A DNA stretch of 62,922 nt, counting the filler, from Conidiobolus incongruus B7586 (taxonomy: Eukaryota), in assembly GCA_000697335.1 (NCBI GenBank). It is 5 parts of 5 records of this genome, joined end to end, with 100 filler letters (N's around TTAATTAATTAA, not from the genome) between each part and the next. Parts side by side here need not be neighbours in the genome. Positions count along the whole stretch, not along the records: positions 33,936 to 54,207 come from JNEM01006187.1; positions 54,308 to 58,528 come from JNEM01006188.1; positions 58,629 to 62,922 come from JNEM01006190.1; 2 more parts are not named here. The stretch is one strand, 5' to 3'. Under the pieces are notes generated by a model. It was not told where the DNA came from and did no database searches. It was given only the letters and a program-made list of their open reading frames with translations. This document shows positions 52,467 through 62,922 of this stretch, in pieces. The first letter of the stretch is position 1. Every line of letters starts with the position of its first letter. A program made the position numbers and the translations under genes.

Positions 52467-53270
52467 ATGGTGTCTGAAAGATTATACGGTATTGATAAAG
52501 AGATTAAAAATAAATTGGATAGTAAATACGATATTAAGAGGGAGTTAGCAGTACGTGAGTGGATAGAGACTGTGTTAGAAGAATCCATTGAAAATAACGA
52601 CTTATTCGAAGCTTTAAAAGATGGTGTTATTTTGTGCAGGTAATATCTATAATAATTATAAAATTACATATCATTCTTATTCAAATTCTAAATTTATTAG
52701 AGTTTTAAACAAAATTCGCCCAGATAAACAAGTAAAATATAATCAATCAAGGATGGCTTTTAAGCAAGTAATTAATATAATATTCTTGATCCGCCATATT
52801 AGATATTTATTAATTAATCATATATAGATGGAAAATATTGCCACGTTTTTAAAAGGTGCTGAAGAAATTGGTTGTCCAAAATTTGAACTATTTCAAACTA
52901 TTGATTTATATGAAAAGAAACATCCCAATCAAGTAACTATATCAATTTATATTATATTTTGTTTTTTAATTAATTTTTTTTTAGGTAATTGATGCTATTT
53001 ACTCCCTATCTAGACATGCTTCGAAGAATGGGTTCGAAGGTCCGATGTTAGGCCCTAAATTGGCTGATAAGAATGTAAATTTTGAATATATTTGGTGATA
53101 ATATAACTGTTAAATTAATCAAACAATAGGTCTTTGAATTTACCGAAGAACAGTTACGCAAGTCTAGTACATATCATAGATTACAGAGTGGATACAACGG
53201 TGGTGCCAATTTATCAGGGACGAATTTCGGTGCTCGAAGGGACGTTGTAGGTATCAATCCATTCAAATAA
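52467..53270 (+). CDS. SCP1: Transgelin/calponin-like actin-binding protein; exons 52467-52639, 52701-52767, 52828-52932, 52985-53074, 53130-53270
   Basis: YGIDKEIKNKLDSKYD...VREWIE...LKDGVILCRVLNKI, MAFKQMENIATFL, LFQTIDLYEKK, GPKLADKN, FTEEQLR, and one calponin repeat LQSGYNGGANLSGTNFGARRDV. Confidence 0.93.
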
Positions 53271-53820
53271 GTTGACTTAGTCTCTGTTATGCCTGAGCAT
53301 ACACTATTATAGTATATTTATCAATTTCTCTTTCACTGATTCTTTTGTATTACCACTTTCTTATTGTACGATTATCTATTCCAACTTACACAATTTTTAT
53401 TATTTTCTGGTAAAAAAATAAATTAAATATTAAATTAATAATTAGATAAAGCCCTTATTTATTCAAAATTTATGCAATTTTTTCAAAGGGAAACTTAAAT
53501 CCAATATATATCATACCACGATCAAATTTTTATAATCTTAAATATGAATTTCATAAAATTTATCTATTTGAATCTAAATGATTAATATTTAATAGTATTT
53601 GAAAACTGTTTATAATAATTCTTTTTAATTAAATTTACAAATGCATTATATCAGTTGATCATAATGGGTCATATATCACTATTAAGCTATTATATATTGA
53701 TTTTATTCTTAGTAAACATTAAATTAAAAATTTAAAAATTATTAATTATTAAATAAATTTTTGTTAATATAAAATTATTAATTTAACATAATTAATTTTC
53801 TTTTTTGTTTTTACTATTCT

Positions 53821-54207
53821 TATAACAGGGCAATGTATACAAGTTGTTTCAATGTGAACAGTGTGGGAAAAAGTCCTTGTTTATTTGGCAATGGTTCCCA
53901 TTTTTATATGTAAAAGTTGGTGAGGGTTCAGAGGTAAAATTAGACAAGATAAGATCAAGTAGATAAAAGAGATAAGATAAGGTAAGCAGATATGATTGAC
54001 AGTGTCACGATGATGACAAAGTGATCTGATCTATGACACTCCCCTCAGATTGAGGTGTCCTTATTAGGAGACGCTCTAATCTTTGAATGCTTCTCAGCGT
54101 AGGCATGATAGGCATTGGTCTTTTTAACGCTATTATAGCGTTCCCAAGTAGCTTCATTTTTAGGGTATCCTTTCCATTGGACGAGGTATAGATCCTGGTT
54201 ATAATAA
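53821..54207 (-). mobile_element. 3' end of a Ty3/Gypsy chromovirus: chromodomain (54207-54045), polypurine tract (54047-54039), 218-bp LTR (54038-53821)
   Basis: The minus strand reads YLVQWKGYPKNEATWE...DTSI*, then GAGGGGAG, then an LTR TGTCATAG...CTGTTATA (terminal CA apparently mutated to TA). Cut by the contig end. Confidence 0.85.
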
Positions 54208-54307
54208 NNNNNNNNNNNNNNNNNNNNNNNNNNNNNNNNNNNNNNNNNNNNTTAATTAATTAANNNNNNNNNNNNNNNNNNNNNNNNNNNNNNNNNNNNN
54301 NNNNNNN
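54208..54307. other. Artificial contig linker N44-TTAATTAATTAA-N44
   Basis: Same 100-bp construct. Confidence 0.97.
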
Positions 54308-54429
54308 GTTCCATTGGCAAATCCAATAATGTTTCCTTGATTATCCAAAGCATTACCTTCAGCATCATGTGGACCATCATGAGCGGCAACGACGCTAGCC
54401 AAAACAAATAAGACAGCAAAGTATTTCAT
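54308..54429 (-). CDS. Small secreted protein A, 5' part (cut by the contig end)
   Basis: ATG at 54429 gives MKYFAVLFVLASVVAAHDGPHDAEGNALDNQGNIIGFANGT, with a signal-peptide-like start. 54308-54390 is identical to 58446-58528. Confidence 0.8.
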
Positions 54430-56316
54430 TTTATTGATGTATAGATGATGTATTTAAATTATTAGTTGATATTCTGATTACTAAACTCAAAAGGTTTACG
54501 ATTATATATACTATATCAAACATTCCTTCTACTCTACAATACTATTGTTGAGAAAAATACTGGGAATTCCTATATGCCATAGAACCACTAATCAATAAGT
54601 ATTGCACGCCTTTAGGCTGGACACCATTCTTTCATGGTTACAAATCCGATCATTTTGAATGAACGATTGGCGCATAGCTCATAATTAAAGTCAATACACA
54701 CTATGATGCATCAATTCACATTATTTTTAGATTTGATATTGATCAAATGGTTTGTACTACCAAATGTTTTCTTTATAGAAAGGGCATGGATAAACTTTAT
54801 CTATTTCATTTAATTCTTTTTGGCCAATATTCAATATCATCGTTTGTAGATCTTACCTGAAATTAAATTGCCGAGATTATCGTTATCTAGGTAGAGTTGG
54901 CATAAATTACTAATATATGTATAAATATTTCAAGATTTATCTATCCGACATGCTGAGATATTTAATTTTAATTAATATATAATTAGAAAATATATTATAC
55001 TAGTTTAAATAAAATATATTTTACATAAATATATTAGAGCATTGCCTAATATAAACTTACCAAATTATATAATAATTGGATTATCATATGATATCTATAT
55101 ATTATTAACTCATATATAGAAAAATTACTAATAATTAATCATTAATTGCTACTACATATATGTTTAACCTTATTAAGTACCTAGGCTTAAAAGATTCAAA
55201 AATATTAACATATAATGGACAAGATGATTAATACAAATGCATTCAATATGTTACTTGGCTAATACAAATATTGGCATTGTCATTTAATTAATAACTAAAG
55301 TAATAAATTATGAATAATTTAAAGAATTGATTAATAAATATTTTTATAAAACTATATTTACTATAAATAATTTTTATGACTCAAAATGTGATATGAAAAA
55401 TAAAATTTTAGTTGAAAAATATAAATTAATTTTTAATATTGTTTACTTTATTAACTACAAATATTCAAAAACTGAAATAATTATACTTTAATTTGTATTT
55501 TGAAAAATTATTAGTAATTTAAAATTTTATAACTTGTATTTATTTTTAATTAAAATTTTATTATCTTAAAAAATTAATTAAATTTATATTTAATGATTTT
55601 GAAATCATTTGAAAAATATAATTATACTAGTTTAATTAATTATATACTATTTTAATAGATTATTTCTTAAATATAATATATTAAAAATAAAAATAATATT
55701 AAAATTATATTCATTTTATTATCCTTTTACACCTGACAATATTTGCATAAAATTGATGATTTATTTTTTCTTATTAATTGACTAAATATAATTGAATTAA
55801 GCAAAAATAATCAAGTATTCAATAAACAATTAATAAATACTTGATTAATTTCTTGAATAATTCATATTTTAAATATTAATATATAATTATATTTATTTCA
55901 TATTATCCTCCTTTATTTCATCATTATTGTACTTTTAAATTAAACTATAATTGTAATAATATTAAAAATATTTTTATATTAAAACATATTTTTTTTATTA
56001 AATATAATTTTAAATTTTGTCATTTATGAATATTAATTTAAATATAAATAAATCCTATCTGAGCAATTATTAGAATAATATTTTAATATTGTTAAACTTA
56101 TGATATATGATTAAAAGTATTAAATATATTATATTCAATTATTAATAAAAAAAGTATAGTTAGAATTAAACTCAAGTTTTGGATACTAGCTATTTATCTA
56201 TCAACAGCATTGCATGTATTTTAATAAATTGGCTTATTAACTTTGTTTTAAAATGACATATTTATTTATTGATTTTGATTTAATGACTTATAATCCAAAT
56301 ATGGAGGTATTTTTAA

Positions 56317-56568
56317 TTAGTATTGCTTGTGTCCTTGTTGTTGACTGTGATCACAAGGCTGATTTAGAGGATGGCCATGAATTTGGTTACCAGATGAGTT
56401 AGAGCCAAATTGATTAAGGGGAATAGGATAAGAAGGCTTTGTTCCATCAGCAAAGGTAATAATATTACCTTGAGCATCCAAATGATTGCCTTGGGCATCG
56501 TGAGGACCTTGGTGAGGAATAGCAGCAACGAGACTGGTTAAAGCGATTAAGGCAGTGAAGTATTTCAT
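56317..56568 (-). CDS. Small secreted protein B, 83 aa, paralogue of A
   Basis: Signal peptide MKYFTALIALTSLVAA. It shares GPHDAxGNxLDxQGNIIxFAxGTKPxYPIP, NSSGNQ and NQPCDHxQQQGxKxY with protein A. Confidence 0.85.
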   Translation of the reverse strand: MKYFTALIALTSLVAAIPHQGPHDAQGNHLDAQGNIITFADGTKPSYPIPLNQFGSNSSGNQIHGHPLNQPCDHSQQQGHKQY

Positions 56569-57417
56569 TTTTAGATGAGTTGAAAGTATAGTTGAATGAT
56601 GTGTTGATCTTCTGATGATTCATTCTAATATATACTAATTTCATGTATATCATCTGCACCAGAATTAATTGATAATGAAGGTACTAAGAAGCTTTTTATG
56701 CAATATAACTTTAAATCCATAAGTTTTACACGCCTTTCGGCTGAATACAATTCTTCCACGATCACCAAATATTTCATTTAAAATGAATGAATATTTGGCG
56801 TATTATTCTCAGTACAATGTCAATTAGAATTTTTGATGAATGAATTGACATTTGAATTATTTTTAGATTTATTAATATTTATATGATTTGTATAATAATA
56901 TTATTGCATTAATAATGATATTGCTAAACTTCATTTCCACAAAATGCCACCTATTGGTAAACAATTCAATATATTATTGATACAAACATACTAATTATTA
57001 TTATTTAATTTGTTAAATACCATCTACTTAAGTTAAATTTGGCAAAAATAACTCATGAAAAATTAATAATGTGATATATGTATATGGTGGTATAATTTGA
57101 TTAGTAATGTATTTACATAGTTTATTATGAGTGATGTAACATTGGATACCTTAAATATGTATATTGAAAAATGTTAAATATGAATCTATGATCCTTAGCA
57201 TATCAATTGAAATATTATATATTATCTATAGATCCAAATATTTTTTTAAAATTTCAATTGTTCTGAAAATTTTGTCACTATATATAAATTATTAAAATGC
57301 GTTATTTATGCCAAGAATATAATTATTAAACCCTCCAAATAAAAAAAAATCAATTAATTATTAAATGATTGTGATATACTAATTTTGATTAATATAAAAT
57401 TTTTATGACCAAAATTG

Positions 57418-57471
<54 letters not shown>
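57418..57471. repeat. (ATT)18 microsatellite
   Basis: Perfect trinucleotide run. Confidence 0.9.
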
Positions 57472-58201
57472 TTATTGTCTGATTTGCAAATAATATAAAA
57501 TATTATATCATATTTTAAACAAAGAGATTTTTTTTAAAATAATTTATATTTATTTATTTATTTTATATAAATAATCAAATTATATTTAATTTATTGACTA
57601 TTATTAATACAAAATCATTCAATTTTGAGTTTATTTTTTTAAAAAGTTTTAAATAATTATATGTTTTAATTGATAATTATATAAATATATATTATTCTGG
57701 TTTATTTTTGTATTTTATTATCAATATAATCTAATAAAATATTGTATATATTATAAAAATCATATATAAATTAATAAATTAAAATTAAAGAAATTTTGAT
57801 TTAGTTGAATAATGAACAATATAATATTTTTTAAACAATAACAACATTTGTATTAAATAATGTCCAATTAAATATAATACTTTTTGTAATATTTTAAGAT
57901 TGAAAAATATAATAATTTATTCACTTAATAAATATTAAATAAATACATTGAATAAAAAAAATATAAGATTTATATATTTTTGTTTAATTGGTAAAATGAA
58001 ATTTTTATTATATTTTCTATATAATTTATAATTATTATTATTATTATTATTATTATCTATTATATCAATTATAAACATAGTGTTATTTAATAAATTATAT
58101 TTATCAGTTATTTTAAGAAACAAATTATTTTGGGTATTTTATTAATATTATTTATTAATGGTTAAACATTTATAAGATTAATAATGTTAATATTTGTTTT
58201 G

Positions 58202-58528
58202 TTAATATTTTTTGTATCCTTGTTGTTGACCATGATCACAAGGTTGATTTGTAGGTCCGTTGGGCTTTTGTTGGTTGTTAGCATATTTCATCAATTGTTG
58301 GAAGAATCCATTGGAAAAGATGTTGTTATTGTTATTGTTTTGAGAGGGAATTGGAGTAGGGTAGACTTTGTTACTTTGATTTTGGTTCTGGTTTCCGGAT
58401 GAGTTGTTACCAGATTGCTTAGGTGGAATGGGGTAAGCAGGCTTAGTTCCATTGGCAAATCCAATAATGTTTCCTTGATTATCCAAAGCATTACCTTCAG
58501 CATCATGTGGACCATCATGAGCGGCAAC
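58202..58528 (-). CDS. Small secreted protein A, 3' part (5' end cut by the contig end); 121 aa when joined to 54308-54429
   Basis: VAAHDGPHDAEGNALDNQGNIIGFANGTKPAYPIP...NQPCDHGQQQGYKKY*. It has an N/Q-rich insert and a second YPTPIP relative to B. Confidence 0.82.
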   Translation of the reverse strand, partial: VAAHDGPHDAEGNALDNQGNIIGFANGTKPAYPIPPKQSGNNSSGNQNQNQSNKVYPTPIPSQNNNNNNIFSNGFFQQLMKYANNQQKPNGPTNQPCDHGQQQGYKKY

Positions 58529-58628
58529 NNNNNNNNNNNNNNNNNNNNNNNNNNNNNNNNNNNNNNNNNNNNTTAATTAATTAANNNNNNNNNNNNNNNN
58601 NNNNNNNNNNNNNNNNNNNNNNNNNNNN
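58529..58628. other. Artificial contig linker N44-TTAATTAATTAA-N44
   Basis: Same 100-bp construct. Confidence 0.97.
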
Positions 58629-58705
58629 TATTATTAATATTAAACTAAAATTAATTAAAATAAGATTATTTAATTTAATAAAGTAAAAATAAACTTTAGT
58701 AAATT

Positions 58706-60299
58706 TGTTAAAAGACTAGTTCTTTAAATTCTTATATATACTTTTATATAATCTAATTAACTATAAATTATATAATTAATTTATACTTATATAATTAAAT
58801 TAATTATATAAATAATATTAAATTATTTAATAAACTAGGTTTCTTTTTTGTTTTCTCATTTCTTACTATTTTTTACTTTTATACTATTTTTAAAATTGAG
58901 ACTATATTCTATTAATATTATAGGATATTAGCATTACCTAATATAAATCTTAATATATTAGTGACTCATCTTAATTTGAAGCTTAATTAAACTTTGTTTA
59001 CACTTGCACACTACAGCTATATTATATTATTATATTTTACACCACACTACTTTTATATTAAATTTTCCTCTATACTATATTAGTTTAACTACTACTATAT
59101 TTATATAGTAGCAGCAATAAAATTATTAAAAATTTATTAGAGATTAATAACTATCTACATTAAACTTAATTATTACTATTTTAAATTTTATCTATAATTT
59201 ATTTCATTTAAATTTAATATTATATATTATAATACCACTAAAAAAAGAGATACCTTTATATTATTTTAATAATGATAGTAGCTTAATTACTAAGTAAATC
59301 TAAGACTTTAGTTTTTAAAAACTTATTACCCTTTAAGAAGCTTATATTAAACAACTTTTGATTGAAAAAAACATGTCTCAAAAAGCTTAAATCTAACAAA
59401 CCAGCTATTTCACTATAGTTAATATATTAAACTACTTTTTTAGTGTTTTTAAAAACAAATTAACTACTTATAATAACTTAAAAAACCTTTACAAACTTGA
59501 AAACTATCTTAAAAACATAAAGAATTACTTTAATTTGATTCTTGATGAAGATTTAAAGAATATCCTTAAATTAGATACTTTTTTTTTAGAAAAATTTGTT
59601 TATATTTGGTAGTTAACTTATTATAAATTTAATCCTAAAAAATCTTTAGGAGGATAGCTTACTATAAAAATATAAACTTTTAAACAATTAGAAAAAGCTT
59701 TTAAAGAGAGGTATTATTTAAAAAATCAAGTTTAATTAACAAGAGAAAAGCTTTCCTAACTTAAATAAAAAACTTCTACAAAATAATTGATTGAGAAATT
59801 TAATGAGATATGTTTAAGCATATTAAATATCACTGAAGAAGAAAAAATCTACAAACTATTATAATACCTTAACTTTTAAATAAAGCTTTAGTTAGTTAAT
59901 AAGGAATACTTTAATAATATGTTTTTTTTAACATTTGTAATATAGCAATTATAATCAATAATCTCTTTTACTTTATAATTAAATCTTCTTACCTTAAAAA
60001 TTAATCTTTTAAATTTTACTTTAACCTATTTAAATCTCAAATGATAAATATTTCTGCTTTTAAGTTTTATGAGAAAACCTTTAGTAAAGAACTTAAAGCT
60101 TATTTAAGAATAAACAAAAGTTGTTATTATTGTTGAAAAACTTAAGTTAACTATAAAGTTAATAAATACCTTTTAAGGAAGCAACATCTATCTAATTTTT
60201 AATAATCCTAACCTACCAACTATAAATCAAACTTGAATAATATTAATATAACTTTAGAATCACCTTTTTTATAATTAGTTAGTAGATTCTAATCTAATC
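58706..60299 (+). mobile_element. Decayed Ty3/Gypsy-type element, copy 1: about 514-bp LTR plus gag, interrupted by copy 2
   Basis: Starts TGTTAAAAGACTAG. gag ATG at 59373. Remnant FKQLEKAFKERY...TREKLS.LK.KTST..LIEKFNEIC (retrotransposon gag) and a CYYC knuckle near 60120. Direct repeat of 60300-61890. Confidence 0.75.
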
Positions 60300-62573
60300 T
60301 ATTAAAAAACTAGTTCTTTAAATTCTTATATACACTTTTATATAATCCAATTAACTATAAATTATATAATTAATTTATACTTATATAATTAAATTAATTG
60401 TATAAATAGTATTAAATTATCTAATAAACTAGGTTTTTCTTTTTTCCTCTTAATTCTTACTATTTTTACTTTTACACTATTTCTAAAATTAAGACTATAT
60501 TCTATTAATATTATAGGATATTAACACTACCTAATATAAATCTTAATATATTAATGACTTATCCTAGTTTAAAGTTTAATTAAACTTTATTTACACTTGT
60601 ACACTACAGCTATATTATATTATTATATTCTACACCATACTATTTTTATATTAAATTTTCCTCTACACTATATTAATTTAACTACTACTATATTTATATA
60701 GTAATAGCAATAAAACTGTTAAAAACCTATTAGAAATTAATAACTACTTGTATCTAACTTATCTATTACTATTTTAAATTTTATTTATAATTTATTTTAT
60801 TTAAATTTAACACTATACACTATAATACTATTAAAAAAAGAGATACCTTTATATTATTTTAATAATAATAGTAATTTAATTACTAAATAAATTTAAAACT
60901 TTAGTCTTTAAAAGCTTATTACCCTTTAAAAAACTTATATTAAACAACTTTTGATTGAAAAAAACATGTCTCAAAGAGTTTAAATCTAACAAACCAGCTA
61001 CTTCACTATAGTTAATACATTAAACTACCTTTTTAGTGTCTTTAAAAACAAATTAACTATTTATGATAACTTAAAAACCTTTACAAACTTGAAAACTACC
61101 TTAAAAACATAAAGAATTACCTTGATTTAATTCCTGATAAAGATCTAAAGAATATCTTTAAATTAACCATTTTTTTTTGGAAAAATCTATTTATACTTGG
61201 TAGTTAACTCATTACAAACTTAATCCTAAAGAATCTTTAAGAGGATAGCTTACTACAAAAATACAAACTTTTAAACAATTGGAAAAAGCTTTTAAAGAGA
61301 GGTATTACCTAAAAGATTAAGTTTAATTAACAAGAGAAAAGTTTTCCTAGCTTAAATAAAAAATTTCTACAAGATAATTAATTGAGAAATTTAATGAGAT
61401 ATGCTTAAACATACTAAATATCACTAAAGAAGAATAAATCCACAAACTATTATAATACCTTAACTTTTAAGTGAAGCTTTAATTAGTTAATAGGGAACAC
61501 TTTGATAATATGTTTTTTTCTAACATTTGTGATGTAGTAATTATAATTAATGATATCTTTTACTTTATAACTAAATCTTCCCACCTTAAAAATTAATCTT
61601 TTAAACTTTACTTTAACTTACCTAAGTTTTAAATGATAAATGTTTTTGTTTTAAAGCTTTATGAAAAAACCTTTAGTAAAGAAGTTAAAGTTTACTTGAG
61701 AGTAAACAAAGGTTGTTATTATTGCTGAAAGACTTAAGTTAACTATAAAGTTAATAAATATCCCCTCAAGAAACAACACTAATCTAATTCTTAACAATTT
61801 TAATTTGCCAACTATAAATCAAACTTGAATAATATTAATATAACTTTAAAATTGCCCCTTTTATAATTAGTTAACAAATTCTAATCTAATCTACAAAAGT
61901 TCTAATAAACCAATAATTCCACAAATTAAACTATGTATACTAGAGAAATCCAACTGATTAAACCACTAGAAACTAAAAATATTCTAGTAACTAATCTACC
62001 TTGTAATTCTTTATCTTTAACTATCACTTTATTATTTGTGTTAACTAGTTTTTTTATAGATATACTTGTTAGTGTTCTAATTAACTTTAGTTGTTCTAGT
62101 TATATTATTTTTTCTTTTATTATTGTAAAACTATCTTTACCTACTTAAAAAAGCAACTTAATAATTAAATATACTAACAACTTAATAGAATAAGCATCTG
62201 GTATTGTATTTAGATATTTATTATTACCTCTTAACTACTCTTAATATATTAAATTCCTAGTTAATAACATTGGTTATAATTTTATACTAGGTTAAAATTA
62301 GTTTGAATATTATAGTTTTATATCTATAGATATTACCCTAGAAAACTATAAATCTATCTTTTTCACATTTTAAAAGAAATTAGTAGAATTAATCTTAAAA
62401 AATTTATATTACCCTACTATAAAATTATTAAATACTTTACCTAACACTAACTCTACAATTGTAGCAAATAATTCTATTATTATAAGTAAAAATCAATATA
62501 AAAAACTAATCAAAAACCTAAATAATTTATAAAAATATATATCTGTTTATTATTTATTTATCAGCACTTCATC
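60300..62573 (+). mobile_element. Decayed Ty3/Gypsy-type element, copy 2: LTR (60300-60812), gag (ATG 60966), aspartic protease remnant
   Basis: The LTR ends TTAACA. Zinc-knuckle remnant at 61711-61770. VLINFSCSS (62074-62100) reverts to VLIDSGCSS by three transitions. FLVNNIGYNFILG near 62255-62295 corresponds to the retropepsin ILGxD motif. Confidence 0.78.
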
Positions 62574-62922
62574 TGTTAAGAGACTAGTTCTCTAAATTCT
62601 TATATATATTTTTATATAATTTAATTAACTATAAATTATATGATTAATTTATACTTTTATAACTAAATTAATTGTATAAATAGCATTGAATTATCTAATA
62701 AACTAGGTTCCTCTTTTTTCCTCTCAATTCTTACTATTTTTACTTTTACACTATTTCTAAAATTGAGACTATATTCTGTTGATATTGTAGGATATTAGCA
62801 CTACCTAATATAAATCTTAATATATCAGTGACTCATCCTAGTTTGAAGCTTAATTAAACTTTGTTTACACTTGCACACTACAGCCATGTTATATTACCAT
62901 GTTCTGTGCCACACTACTTCTA
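62574..62922 (+). mobile_element. Third, least mutated LTR of the same family, running off the window
   Basis: Starts TGTTAAGAGACTAG and is collinear with 58706 and 60300, but retains more C and G. Confidence 0.8.

Overview
Very AT-rich eukaryotic DNA with short (about 50-70 nt) GT-AG introns. It is most likely an early-diverging, non-Dikarya fungus (inferred from a Zn2Cys6 factor together with DNAJC12 and CNOT11). The window is five sequence pieces joined by artificial 100-bp N44-TTAATTAATTAA-N44 linkers, so adjacency across linkers is unproven. Piece 1 (1-28802) holds a Zn2Cys6 transcription factor and two convergent, intronless NRPS-like A-T-R (carboxylic acid reductase-type) genes. These two genes share a near-identical 1,681-bp inverted repeat but have diverged substrate-binding N-termini and C-terminal tails. 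Piece 1 also holds decayed mariner elements and a decayed second Zn2Cys6 gene. Piece 2 holds mariner relics and the 3' end of midasin. Piece 3 is a housekeeping block (ABD1, CENP-W, DNAJC12, VPS26, CNOT11, CAP2, an FG-less Nup159-like gene, SCP1) ending in a chromovirus fragment. Piece 4 is an apparently tandem unit of two paralogous small secreted protein genes. Piece 5 is a nest of Ty3/Gypsy elements. The mariner and nested Gypsy copies show heavy C>T/G>A (RIP-like) decay. The best novelty candidates are the inverted A-T-R pair (gene conversion or an invertible tail-swapping cassette) and the repeated secreted-peptide unit. All calls were made by eye with no database search.
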